Shown: positions 1 to 59,992 of the stretch, piece by piece
Numbering within the stretch: the first letter of the stretch is position 1
How the letters are laid out: every line of letters starts with the position of its first letter
Origin: Squalus acanthias
Taxonomy: Eukaryota
NCBI GenBank assembly: GCA_030390025.1
Contig: CM059451.1
Location: forward strand, 15,934,001-15,998,000
Direction: 5' to 3'
Length of the DNA: 64,000 bases
Translations under genes and position numbers: made by a program
The notes under the pieces: model-generated
Told to the model about the DNA's origin: nothing
The model's input: only the letters and a program-made list of their open reading frames with translations
The model's database searches: none

Positions 1-457
1 AAGATTTGAGAAGAATTCCAGGAATGAGGGACTTCAGTTACGTTGATAGACTGGAGAAACTGGGGTTGTTCTCCTTGGAGCAGGGAAGATTGAGGGGAGA
101 TTTGATAGTTGTTCAAAATTATGAGGTATCTGGACAGAGTAGATAGAGGGAAACTGTTCCCATTGGCAGAAGGGTCGAGAACCAGAGGACCCAGATTTAA
201 GGTGATTGTCAAAAGAACCAAAGGCGACATAAAAAACTTTTTTACGTAGCGAGTGGTTAAGATCTGGAATGCACTGCCTGAAAGGGTGGTGAAGACAGAT
301 TCAATCACAGCTTTCAAAAGGGAGTTGGATAAGTACCTGAAGGAAAGAAATGTTCAGGGCTATGGGGAAAGGGCGGGGGAGTGGGAATAGCTGAAGTGCT
401 CTTGCAGAGAGCCGGGATGGGCTGAATGGCCGCCTTCCATGCTGCAACCATTCTATG
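1..457 (+). mobile_element. CR1-clade LINE 3' fragment
   Basis: Degenerate ORF2 C-terminus (PGMRDFSY.DRLEKLGLFSLEQ.RLRGDLI) plus 3' UTR ending ..CCATTCTATG; homologous to 34490-35005 and 46900-47555. Confidence 0.75.
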
Positions 458-782
458 GAGCTTCCACCTCCTGGGAAAGTTTTAGTTTTTGAATATTGAT
501 GGCAGTTTGCAAGACTTTCATGAGATTTCTCCAACTATTGGTATTTGTTTGCAGTTATTGCTGGTATTTATGTAAGTTAAGTCCGTAGTCATTTATTTAG
601 TTAATCCATTTAATCATGGATGATCTGAAACTTTTTTTTTGTTGATGCAAGTACTATTGTATTGCACTAAAGAGTTGCAATCTTAAAGCAGCTTCTCAGA
701 ATTATGGCCAAGTGTGTGTGTATCATTTCATGCAAAAGCTTAGTAAAAACAAATCTACAAACAAACCTTTTCTTGCCCCTAG

Positions 783-48309
<47,527 letters not shown>

Positions 48310-50580
48310 TCTGATCGGCATCTCTCCACAGCCAGCCCACTCTTTCTTTTATTCCCTCTCTCTCTCTCTCTCGCGCTCTCTCCACCACCACCTACACAAG
48401 TCAGTGCTATAAACAGCATATTGGAGTTGGCACATGCATTTACCGAGGAACCTTTACCGTACATTCCATTGTGTCTTATATTATGACTCTGTTGGTCTTA
48501 AATCTATGCAAATATTTCCATTTTGCGTTTCTGTATTAGGTGGTAATACTGCAAACTCTTTTTCTGTACACTGCACTGGTACAAGCATTTGGAGCACATG
48601 AGCTGTTATTCATGAGTGCCACAGGAACTGTGTGAATCAGTCTGATGGGAATTTGGAGGTTTTGATTTTAAATTCTAAAAATTCCATAGGAAACTGGCTC
48701 CTTTGTATTTTTCCAAATGTACTCGATACTGTAAAACTAAATATTTTTGTATTATAAATATTTAGTATTCCTACTGTTTTCACTTTTCTCCCCCAAATCT
48801 AGAAGTGCGATAAAGATGAGCGAGCTGCTTCGATTATTTTTTTTTTTGCAGCCAATATATAAAGAATAATTTGCACCTGGTGGGCCATGTATGAATAGCA
48901 CAAATGTATTTTTTATCATTAAGATACTTAGTTCTACAGTGCAGTATATGCTTGAACCCCCCAGCTAGTAGTTTGTTTAAAGGGGGTTGGGTTACCTGGC
49001 AATGTGTTTACTGAAAATCATGGCTGATTTAGTTTGCAATTTTTTTTCTCCTTTAATTCAGTGTTCCAGTGTAGCCCGCACTGCCCTCACTGTACAGAAT
49101 CTGACTGAAGTCTTTAGAAAGCAAATGTTCGGATGGTCAAAAGACACTCACTGAAGAGGCAGCCCTTACTAAAAAAAAAAAGTTGGAGAGTTAAATGGCT
49201 GGTGGTGGGTTTGAAGGCGGTAATGCAGTCAAGAGGTTCTGATGGCATCCTAAACAAACCAACAGAGGGTCACCAGAGCCCCAAGGGTGAATTGCTGCCT
49301 CAGTACAAGTGCCAGTTATTTATTCTAATATATAGCTTATTAAAATGAAATTTGACTTTAGTTGCTGATGTGCAGTGAACTCAGAGTACAGATGAGACAG
49401 TGTTGAAGCGTAACCAAGATTGAGGTTGGACTCCGCGGAAGGCATTGGTACCTCGGTGATTGTTTTTCCAGGAAAGAATGAATAGGGCAGTAAACCATTT
49501 GTGGTATTATAATAGGGTTCCTCCTTTATCCTGTAGCACCAGTGAAGCCATTGTGTCACGATAGTGCAGTCTCCCACTGGAAAATCTGAATCTCTCTCAA
49601 ATCGATGCAAGACCTCAGCTGTGGAAAAGCAAGGGCGATGGGTGTAGAGTTGCCCAAATCCAGACTGAATCCACTGAGTCTTGTCTTTTACCCAAAATCA
49701 TGAAATGCATTGGATTATCGCCAGTGAACACAAACCATGGAATGCACTGCAGGGGTAGGGAGTGAATTTGGGATTGGAAACCGGGTGAGTTATGCCCAAC
49801 AGAATCAAATCATTGAGTCGGCTATTAATCTAGCAGCTACAGAGGGGTTTAAACGCTATCATTGATATCAAAATGAACTTGTGCTGTTCCAATTATGCAT
49901 CTTTATATTTTTAGTCATGCGGTTGTAAAGCAAAACCAGTAAGTATTTGAAGCTATAGTGTAACTGGGGGCTATGGTGAGTGACAGTTCCACCTGAGTTT
50001 CTGTACATTGGGCGCCTGAGAAAATTAAATTTCCGCATCCGGAGAGATTTAACCCCCACCACCCTCATTTCGATAGTTCAGCCGAGGGCGAAATAGCACA
50101 TTTTTTTTGAGGTAGGAAAAAATATTTATCTCTCCATATTTAATCTTTTTTTTTTCTTCGTGTACATACTGCAGTGACCTTTAATTTGAATGAAAGACTG
50201 CCTTTTTTTTAAAAAATAAAACACAAAGCTGGGCTTTTTCTGTGAAGGTACTGTTTTTCGCAGAAAAGTCTCTAGTTGTAAAAAAAACAAACGGGTGCTG
50301 TCGTGGGTTTTGTTTTAATTCTTTTCAATTCTCCTTGCTCCTGGGACCTACTCGACATTGAATTATTGTTGCCGTGAGACACAGGCTGGCCTTGAGTTAA
50401 GAGTAATAGCTGCAGTTTTTTTCGGTGGTGATGGAGGGCTTTTTCTATTTTACATTAACACGGGGACTTATTATACAGTATATATAAATATATAGATCAT
50501 CTGAAACACTTTCCTGGATTGTGTGTAATTACTGCTTGATTTTAAGAAGAAATAAATTGAACATTCTGAAACAAAACATT
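48310..50580 (+). other. Probable ACTN4 3' UTR (3' end uncertain)
   Basis: AT-rich, repeat-poor sequence after the stop. AATAAA at 50215, 50551 and 50764; Pumilio-type TGTACATA at 50161. The cleavage site used cannot be determined from sequence alone. Confidence 0.5.
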
Positions 50581-51379
50581 CCAATGGACAAATGAGATTT
50601 TCTGGAATACTAGAGAAGAGGTTTCTGTGAAGATATTTTCTCCCCTGCTGTTATAGCCTATATTACCATGTTTGTGAAGTGCGATAAAAGTGAGGGCTGC
50701 CTTTCTACATTTGATCTAAGGGTGTTTTCAGTGGGTCTCTGCTACCTTAGCCCTATTAGATGAAATAAATCATCAATATTTTTGAGAAAAAAAAAAGGTG
50801 CTGGACTCTTTATTTTAGAAAATAACCTTTTAGTCTTTGACTGGTTTCCTTTCTGTGTGTTTGTGCGCACTCTGCTTCCATTTCGTGCTTTACAAAACCT
50901 GCTCCCGGACCACTTAACTCTCTGCTGAGGCTCAGTTGAACTTTGAAATTCAAGTGAGCAATCATGGAGTATACGCATCTGATTCCCTACTGTACATTGT
51001 GTGGTGACCTGTCATTCAGATCTGCTGAAAGCAGCAGGTTCATTGCCTCCAGGACATCTGATGCAAAAATTGTGGCACTAGGGTAGAAAATCGCGCTACG
51101 CACGGTAAGTGTGGAAATACATTGTCGTGTGTTCTGCCACCACACCACTTGCCCATCGCATCTGAGAAACGCCCCAACATACCAAGTTACTAGTTCATGT
51201 CGACAGTCACATGTATGTGGGCTCTTGTATTTTAAAGATAACTTTTATGGTGAAAAAGGCTTATCTGCATTCTTCTGTCTCCTATTCTGCAGTATCTTTG
51301 TTTATATCTGGGTGCAACCACATTTGTTCTGAGATTCTGAGCATGAAACTCTACCTGGCATCCAGATTCAGCAGCCATG

Positions 51380-51392
51380 CTCTCTTTCTCTC

Positions 51393-51474
<82 letters not shown>
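51380..51474. repeat. (CT)n microsatellite
   Basis: Long CT dinucleotide run visible directly. Confidence 0.95.
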
Positions 51475-51477
<3 letters not shown>

Positions 51478-52124
51478 CCCCCCCAACACAATTATATTAG
51501 GAACGCAGGAGTAGGCCATTCAGTGATCAGTTGAGACATTGTATATTAAATTAAAACTCCAGCATACATACGTATGAGCTCAGTGAAACTTTCCATACAA
51601 CGTAAATCAGGTAATGCAAAGAATTGTTTTTGTAAAAAAAATGTAGTCATACTTGTGTTGGATTTGCGCTAGTTTTGTTACACTAAAGAATGTTCCTATG
51701 TTTAACCAGCTGTCCTGCAAATTCTCCACTTGCCCAAAAGCAAATTATTTGCACACCAGTTAATATTTTTGATACTTTGAGACCGTTTTACTGAGGTTGC
51801 TACAGGTTAGTGCCTTTTTTTGCTTTTGTTGATGCAGAATCCAGTGACTGACTTTTATTTCCAAATACAAAATTGAGGAAATGAACTCATTAAAGGTGCA
51901 CAGCAACTCCCCCCGAGGCTGGTACCCAGGTTTGCAGTATTACACCGCATAGATACATGGACTATTAAAATTCAGTAAAAGGGATGGTGACGGCATCCAG
52001 TTAATATATTTATACTTTTCATCCCATCAATCTGACTGGAATTCAAACCCTTTCTCCGAGCCAAATGTTTTTCTGATGCCTGCAGGGTCCCAAGTTAGTG
52101 ATTGACAAAAACTAGCCACAATTC

Positions 52125-52129
<5 letters not shown>

Positions 52130-52154
<25 letters not shown>
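52130..52154. repeat. Poly(A) tract
   Basis: About 25 consecutive A. Confidence 0.9.
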
Positions 52155-52155
<1 letters not shown>

Positions 52156-52779
52156 TTGCATGACAATTTCACAGCAGTGCAAGGGCAGTAGGATAGGAGA
52201 GATGAGGATGTTCTGTTTGAAGCACATTGTTAGAATGAGGACCAATCATTGTCCTCTGTGCAACCAGTTAAACAAACCTGGTGCTTTATACTGGCATAAG
52301 ATACCTAAAGTAGGAAAGCTTTCATTTGAGTGTCAACATCCCCCAATTTAGTCAAAATATTTTTGCCCTGAGTGAAATTGCCTCTTCCAGCCAATAGCAG
52401 CAGCCATGGATTTGAGGGTGGACCTATAGTTTTCCCCAAGCCACGCATTAACTCTATAGTGTGTGCCAAATAATTCCTCTTCCTTTTACCCTCCTGCTCA
52501 ATGCTTTCTGGCAGTAATACAGCAGCTTTGGACACTTAAGGGGCCTTGAGAACATAAATAGGAGCAGGAATAGGCCATTTGGGGCTTCGGGCCTGTGCCC
52601 TGCCATTTGTGCAGCAAATTGATCTCCAAATTTATTGTATTGCTGGTTTAACGCTTTTTAAAAAAAAATCTAAAGTGTGTTCCTGTGCTAGGTTAGGGGC
52701 TTGAAATCAGTCCAGCATGTCTTGCCCGTCACCAGCATACTCAATACAGCTGTTGGCTGTACAAAGCCCACTACTGTAG

Positions 52780-52946
52780 CGCGAACAGCGGAAGGAGCGC
52801 ATGCCCACCCACCCGCCCCTTCAACCACCGTCTGCCCCACCTGTGACAGAGACTGTCGGTCCCGCATTGCACTCATCAGTCACCTGAACTCATTTTTAGT
52901 GTGGAAGCAAGTCATCCTCGGTTCCGAGGGACTGCCCAAGAAGAAC
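52780..52946 (+). mobile_element. RTE/RTEX-type LINE 3' end
   Basis: C-terminal zinc-finger-like CPTCDRDCRSRIALISHL, short 3' UTR, (AAG)n tail. Confidence 0.65.
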
Positions 52947-53989
52947 TGTACTGTGTATGTAATATTTGAAGTCTCGCATCTATGTGCACCTGTAGGCATT
53001 GGGCGAGGTTTGCGGAAGGGTTTATAAAGTGTCTGGTTTGACCTGGATTTGGCATCCTGGCACTGAGTATGGGAGGGGCTGCGTTGTATTACACTGCACC
53101 GCATTTATAAAGTTTGACTGACTGCATGTACATGACATTAAGATCGGCTGCGGTGAAGCAAGCCATTTAACCGAGACATGAGCTGACGACTACAATGCTC
53201 GCTGTGTTTGGATCTATAAAAGGAGACGCGACACCTGTGGAACCTCGGCTGCACAGATAACATCAGGCGGAGTGTTAAATGTCACAAACTTAATTTGGTA
53301 CGGAGTAATTAAGATGGAAAACCAGTTGCACGAGTTTTATACATGTGGGAAATGTGTGAATAACTACAGAAATGTCACAGGAATGTTCCGGCTTTCTTCC
53401 ACTATTTAATCTCCACTGCTATAAGGGCTTTAAAGTGCCAGTATTATAATGTCCCTGTTGCATTTGGTGCATTCTCCCTGTTGCTTGTCCTACTTCCTCC
53501 CTCGTTTCAATGCTAATCAAAGATCCCATGATGAAAGGTTGTCTGATGTTTACAGGAAGCCACTGGGTATTCAGGGTAAAAGATTGAGTAAACACACTGG
53601 TGTGGAACTATTCCAACCAGTATGTGCTAAGTGATCTGATGTCTGGACTCCTCGATGATTGATTGGACCTGAGCTAAGGATGAGGCTCAGCTGTTGGCTC
53701 TTAACCCCATAACCTACCAGTAACTTGCTGTCTAGGAACTGGAGAGGGCCGGGCACCTGGGTAACCTTGCCTCAGCAACCATCAGGGTAGAGCCAGACAC
53801 ATATTCAGCACAGAAGTAGGCCACTCAGCCCATCATATCTATGCTGGCTTTGCTACAACAATGCACAACTAATGCAACTGTCCTGCTCTCTTCCTGCATG
53901 TTCTTTTGCTTCAAATTACTTATCAATGAAGAACACACATTTAAAGAAACCCAGGAATCCTCTCTGCCTCTTGCAGGTTCTGCCTGTGT

Positions 53990-54272
53990 GTGGCTCACTT
54001 TCAGGCTTTCATCCGGGGTAAACTTCAGCTCATCCAAAACTCTGTTACCCATATCCTAACTCACTCCAAATCGCATGCACCTAACACCCCTGTACAACGC
54101 CTTAAATTTAAAATGCTCAAATCTCTCATGGCCTCGCCCCTCCCTATCTCTGTAATCTCCTCCGGCCCTACAACCTTCTGAGAATTCTGCGCTCCTCTAA
54201 TTCTGGCCGCCTGTGCAACCCCCATTTTCATCGCTCCGCCATTGGCAGCTGGGCCGCAAGCTCTGGAATTAG
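53990..54272 (+). mobile_element. L2 LINE fragment
   Basis: KLQLIQNS...; AAATCTCTCATGGCCTCGCCCCTCCCTATCTCTGTAA shared with 59600-59992. Confidence 0.65.
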
Positions 54273-54377
54273 ACCTGAGACCTTGCTGACTAAGGTGCCA
54301 GAGAGGTGGGAGCATTACAGGAGACAATAATGGTTCTGAACGTTATACTTGTAGCAGGCATTGCTGTTTCATCAGAC

Positions 54378-56440
54378 GACAACCTGTATTTATATAGTGC
54401 CTTTAACGTAAAACGTCCCAAGGTGCTTCACAGGAGTATTAAAAGACAAAAAAATTGACACCAAGCCACAAGGAGAAATTAGGGTAGGTGACCAAAAGCT
54501 TGGTCAAAGAGGTAGGTTTGAAGGAGTGTTTTAAAGGAGGAGAGAGAGGAAGCAAGGCGGACTGTTTAGGCAGGGAATTAGCTTAGGGCCTAGGCAAATG
54601 GTTGAGCGATTATAATCAGGGATGCTCAAGAGGGCAGAATTAGAGGAGCGCAGATATCTCTTTTGGGGGGGGGTGTGGGGCTGAAGGAGATTAGAGATAG
54701 GGAGGGGTGAGGCCATGGAGGCATTTGAAAACCAGGATGAGAATTTTGAAATCGAGGCGTTGCTTAACGGAAGCCTATGTAGGTCAGCGAGCACAGGGGT
54801 GATGGGTGAACGGGACTTGGTGCGAGTTAGGACACGGGCAGCCGAGTTTTGGATGACTTAAGTTTTTACGTAGGATATATGGCACAGAAACAGGCCATTC
54901 GCCCCAACCAGTCCATGCCGGCGTTTATGCTCCAGTCGAGCCTCCTCTCGTCTTTCCTCATCTAAATCTATCAGCAGAACCCTCTATTCCCTTCTCCCTC
55001 ATGTTTGTCTAGCCTCCCCTTAAATGTATCTATACTATTCGCTTCAACCACTCCCTGTGGTAGGGAGTTCCACATTCTCATCACTCTTTGGGTAAAGAAG
55101 TTTTTTCTGAATTCCCCATTGGATTTCTTGGTGACTATCTTATATTGATGGCCTCTAGTTCTGCTCTTCCCCACAAATGGAAACATTCTCTATCCACTCT
55201 ATCAAAACCTTTTAATACTTTTGTAGACCTCTATTAAGTCACCCCTCCACCTTCTCTTTTCGAGAGAAAAGAGACCCATCCTGTTCATCCTTTTCCCGAT
55301 ATGTATACCCTTGCATTTCTGGTGGTATCCTTGTAAATCTTCCCTGCACCCTCTCCAGTGCCTCTAATATCCTTTTTATAATATGGCGACCAGAACTCCA
55401 CGCAGTACTCAAGTGTTGTCTAACCAAGGTTCGATACACGTTTAGCATAACCTCCCTACTTTTCAATTCTATCTCTCCTAGAAATAAACCCTAGTAGGGT
55501 AGAATGTGAGAGGCCAGCCAGGAGTGCGTTGGGAAAGTCAAGTCTAGAGGTAACAGAGTTTCGGCAGCAGATGAGCTGAGGCAAGGGTGGAGACGGGCGA
55601 TGTTACGGAGGTGGAAATAGGCGGTCTTAGTTACGCTGCGGATATGTGGTCGGCAGCTCATTTCAGGGTCAAATATGACCCCAAGGTTGCGAACAGTGTG
55701 GTTCAGCCTCGGACAGATGTTAGGGAGAGGGTTGGAGTCCGTGGCTAGGGAACGGAGTTTGTGGCGGGTACCAAAAACAATGGCTTCGGTCTTCCCAATA
55801 TTTAATTGAAGAAAATTTCTGCTCATCCAGAACTGGATGTTGGACAAGCAGTCTGACAATTTAGAGACCGTGGAGGAATCGAGAGAAGTGGTGGTGAGGT
55901 AGAGCTGGGTGTCGTCAGCGTACATGTGGAAACTGAGTGTTTTCGGATGATGTCGCCAAGGGGCAACATGTAGATGAGAAATAGAAGGGGGCCAAGGATC
56001 GATCCCTAGGGGACACCAGAGGTAACTGCAGGAGCGGGAAGAGAAGCTGTTGCAGGTGATGCTCTGGCTACAATTAGATGATAATGGAACCAGGCGAGTG
56101 CCGTCCCACCCAGCTGGACGACGGTGGAGAAGGATGAAGTGGTCAACCGTGTCGAAGGCTGCAGACAAGTCAAGAAGGACGAGGAGGGATAGTTTACCTT
56201 TGTCACAGTCACAAAGGATGTCATTTGTGACTTTGATGAGAGCCGTTTCGGTACTGTGGCAGGGGCGGAAACCTGATTGGAGGGATTCAAACATGGAATT
56301 GTGGGAAAGATGAGCATAGATTTGGGAGACAACACGTTCAAGCAGAGAGGAAAGGGAGGTTGGAGATGGGGTGACAGTTTGCAAGGACAGAGGGGTCAAG
56401 GGTTGGTTTTCTGATGAGAGGGTGCAGCAAACGGTCATTT
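54378..56440 (-). mobile_element. 5'-truncated L2-clade LINE interrupted by a CR1 insertion
   Basis: RT motifs [41 protein letters not shown] in ORF 55491-56438; L2-type tail at 54378-54440. Confidence 0.88.
54875..55493 (-). mobile_element. CR1 LINE 3' fragment nested in L2
   Basis: ALERVQGRFTRI, TRGHQYKI, FFTQRVMRMWNSLP; flanked by duplicated GTAGG. Confidence 0.85.
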
Positions 56441-56715
56441 CATGTGCAATAATTTCTGAAGTCTCTGATTCACACGAGTATACCTCGGCACCATCTGCTC
56501 TCTCGCCAAGTGCGAGCAGGAGCCAGAGCGCATGCTGACTTCTATTTTTCCATTCTACTCCCTAGGCCAGGAACAATGAGGCCAATTATAACACTTTAAC
56601 CACTCAATACCTCAGCACAGACCAGAAATCAACCCGGACTTTCTAATCTGTACGGTTTATAGCCACACCACACAGGACATTTTGGAGAAGCTCCTGATCG
56701 CTTTTAACTACCTGG

Positions 56716-57185
56716 AAGAAAGACAGGCTTGCATTTCTATAGCGCCTTCCACAACCACCGGACATCGCAAAGTGCTTTACAGCCACTGAAGTACTTTTTG
56801 AAGTGTAGTCACTGTTGTAATGTAGTGAAACACGACACCCAATTTGCGCACAGCAAGCTCCCACAAACAGCAATGTGATACTGGCCAGATAATCTGTGGT
56901 GTTGATTGAGGGATAAATATTGTCCAGGACACCGGGGAGAACTCCCCTGCTCTTCTTTCAAATAGTGCCAGGGGATCTTTTACGTCCACCTGAGAGAGCA
57001 GACGGGGCCTCGGTTTAACATTTCATTTGAAAGACGGCACCTCCGACAGTGCAGCGCTCCCTCGGCACTGCACTGGGAGTGTCAGCCTAGATTTTTTTTT
57101 TGCGCTCAAGTCTCTGGAGTGGGACTTGAACCCACAACCTTCTGACTCAGAGGCGAGGGTGCTGCCCACTGAGCCACGGCTGACA
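56716..57185 (-). mobile_element. Full-length tRNA-derived Deu-domain SINE (SacSINE1-like)
   Basis: Minus strand: box A TGGCTCAGTGG, box B GGTTCAAGTCC, Deu-like core TTAAACCGAGGCCCCGTCTGCTCTCTCAGGTGGACGTAAAAGATCCC, tail ..TATAGAAATGCAAG..(CTTT). Confidence 0.8.
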
Positions 57186-57482
57186 CTAGTGTTGATCCTC
57201 CAGCTTACTATTCACTTCCACACACATCCTTCTAAGATCCAGTAACTTGCACCTTCTCCTATGGACTTGAACAGGATATACTGCTAACTACTGTGTGGCT
57301 CTTGAGTAGAGTGTATTTCTAGTTACTTGACATAGCGTAGGCCGTTGGCAGATTTTGCAGTGACTAACCTATTGTGAATAGGTGGAAACTAGGCAGTGGT
57401 CAGAGGAGTGGGGCAGAGCAGCTGTAATGGAAAGCAACGTGAAAGGCCACATGTGGAATATTATCGTAACTTGCTCTTTGCT

Positions 57483-57575
57483 ACATTACAACAGTGACCA
57501 CACTTCAAAGTATCTCATTGGCTGTAAAGCGCTTTGGGACGCCCTGAGGTTGTGAAAGGAGCGATATAAATTTTT
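57483..57575 (-). mobile_element. Deu-SINE 3' fragment (strand assignment uncertain)
   Basis: ACATTACAACAGTGAC.ACACTTCAAA is the reverse complement of the + strand text at 56798-56823, so it is oppositely oriented to that copy. Confidence 0.3.
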
Positions 57576-57851
57576 CTTCCTAAAAGGGGGAAGCTTTGTT
57601 CCTCGTTTATTTATAATATGAAAACATAATTCCTTTCCTCGTTCTATTGCGTCATTAATCATGGAAATAAAAATATTACTGTACAATGTTTGTCCCCCTC
57701 TTTTAACTTGCTGTGTACTGACTCCCTCTTGTGGATATTACTGTGTGTTGCAGCTTTTTTTTGTCCATTTCTTATCTATTAATAGTGGTCATGATGCGGA
57801 GATTTCTGTGTTTAAATTCTGTGAACTTTTGTAGATTCACTCATAGTAACT

Positions 57852-57940
57852 TTACCTGAAGAAGGGGCGATCGATAGCTCCGAAAGCTTGTAATTTTAAA
57901 TAAATCTGTTGGACTATAACCTGGTGTTGTGCGACTTCTC
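57852..57940 (+). mobile_element. Penelope-like terminal repeat fragment with minimal hammerhead ribozyme motif
   Basis: TTAC-CTGAAGA-A-GGGGC(gatcgata)GCTCC-GAAA-GCTT-GTAA followed by AATAAA. Confidence 0.6.
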
Positions 57941-58299
57941 ATTTTTATCTATTAAAGCCAAGGTTGGTGGTGCTCTGAACATCCCTTTCTTCTTCCCTTG
58001 AGTTCCAAACCCACCCTACTGCATATTACCTTCCTTCCTACATCCTCACTGTGAATGAAATCCAGACTCATTACACGATCCTTGATTCTTACTTGCAATG
58101 ACCTCAAATTCAAGGAATGCCCAGTAAATGGGGTGTAATATGCAGTAAGTGATTCTGCTGTAATTGCTCTGGGGAAAGTTTCCTTCATGTAACAGCATTC
58201 TAAGCCTAATAAATAACGGGTTTATGATTTTGTGGGGCTGAGGAAATCTTAACCCTGAAAGTTTATCAATTAATAACCCATAGTTAATCACCAGGAATT

Positions 58300-58487
58300 A
58301 AGGGTGGTGGAGGCAGAAACCCTCACCACATTTAAAAAGTACTTGGATATGCACTTAAGGTGCCGTAAGCCGCAGGGCTACAGACCAAGAGCTGGAAAGT
58401 GGGATTAGGCTGGATGGCTCTTTTTCGACCGGTGCAGACATGATGGGCCGCATGGCCTCCTTCTGTGCTGTAAATTTCTATGATTCT
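58300..58487 (+). mobile_element. CR1 LINE 3' end
   Basis: Matches 36595-36780; ends TTCTATGATTCTA. Confidence 0.8.
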
Positions 58488-58499
58488 AATTTATCTGTC

Positions 58500-58813
58500 T
58501 ATTACACTCGCCAAGGCTTCTTCGGCAGAACCTCCCAAACCCGCGATCTCTTCCACCTAGAAGGACAAGGGCAGCAGGCGCATGGGAACACCACCACCTC
58601 CAAGTCACACACCATCCTGACTTAGAAATACATCGCCGATCCTTCATCGTCGCTGGGTCAAAATCCTGGAACTCCCTCCCTAACAGCACTGTGGGAGCAC
58701 CTTCACCACACGGGACTGCAGCGGTTCAAGAAGGCGGCTCACCACCACCTTCTCAAGGGGCAACTAGGGATGGGCAATAATGGCGCCCACATCCCATAAA
58801 CGAATTAAAAAAA
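58500..58813 (+). mobile_element. LINE 3' end (CR1-related)
   Basis: ..VAGSKSWNSLPNSTVG..RFKKAAHHHLLKG, then 3' UTR and A-tail. Confidence 0.7.
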
Positions 58814-59599
58814 ACACACTATAGCTGGAGGGCTGGGACTGGACTATACGGTAGTAAGGACAACATCATAACATGTAAGGGGTTTTTCTAGTTGACAGAA
58901 TCGCAGGACAATCTCAAAAAAACTGAACATTGTGTCTAAAATCTTGTTGCTCTGCTCGACAAACCTGGGGCCTGGCGCTGCTCTGCAAGGCTCAGTTCAC
59001 CAGCTAGCCGCACAGGTTCCTGGTTTGATTCACGGTTTGTGCCGAGGTAGCTGATTTCAACTGAAAGCAGCAGCTTCGAAAGAGAAAATATATATTTTGA
59101 ATTCTTACACAGAGTGTGTAAACTGCCTGCAGCACTTTCCTCGTCGCACTTTCTCCTGTCTGTCGTACTGAAACTTGACCCTTGTTGCACTTCCCTGTGA
59201 CTGAATCCTCCCAGCTCGCCACAGCAGCAGGAACTGGGACGTCTGGTTAGCAGAGCCTTCCTGCTCAGGGACGGTGATGTTTTAAGGGAGGGAAGGACGT
59301 GCAGTGTATCACACACACAACCCCAGTCTGATACCCACAATATACAAAATCTCACTGTGTGGTTTAAAAGTCTGCAAAAAATACAATCTTGCGACTGAGT
59401 CGCGTTTTGTATCCTTCAGCCACAAGATTACAAGAAACACGATGGGGGGTGAATTTCCTCGGGGCGTCTCCTGCTCCATCGCTGTAACTTTGGCAGGCGT
59501 CCAGCAGAAACCCCGTTTATGCGCGGAAAGTTACTGTGGCAGGTGGGACGGAGGAGGCCCTGAGGAAACTCGCGCCCTGTGTAACAGGAATGGAAGCGA

Positions 59600-59992
59600 C
59601 TGATAAAATTCCCATCCTGGTGTTCAAATCTCTCCATGGCCTCGCACCCTCTCCCTATCTCTGTAACCTCCGACAACCCTCCCAGATCTCTGCGCTCCTC
59701 CAATTCTGGCCTCTTGAGCATCCCCGATTTCCATCGCTCCACCATTGGCGGCCGTGCCTTCAGCTGCCTGGGCCCTAAACTCTGGAATTAACCTCCCTAA
59801 ACCTCTCCCCTTCTCCACCTCTCTCTCCTCCTTAAGACGCTCCTTAAAACCGACCTCTTTGACCAGGCATTTGGTCACCTGTCCTAATATCTCCTCCTTT
59901 GACTCAGTGTCAATTTTTTTTGACGACACTCCTGTGAAGCGCCCTGGAGCGCTTTTCTAGGTTAAAGGCGCAATATAAATGCAAGTTGTTGT
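59600..59992 (+). mobile_element. L2 LINE 3' end
   Basis: KIPILVFKSLHGLAPSPYLCNL; tail ATATAAATGCAAGTTGTTGT. Confidence 0.8.

Noticed and set aside
51211-51534. ORFs with SL or RE dipeptide runs
   Set aside because: Products of the (CT)n microsatellite.
57120-57185. tRNA gene
   Set aside because: The A/B boxes belong to a SINE head that continues into a SINE body; no complete cloverleaf is evident.
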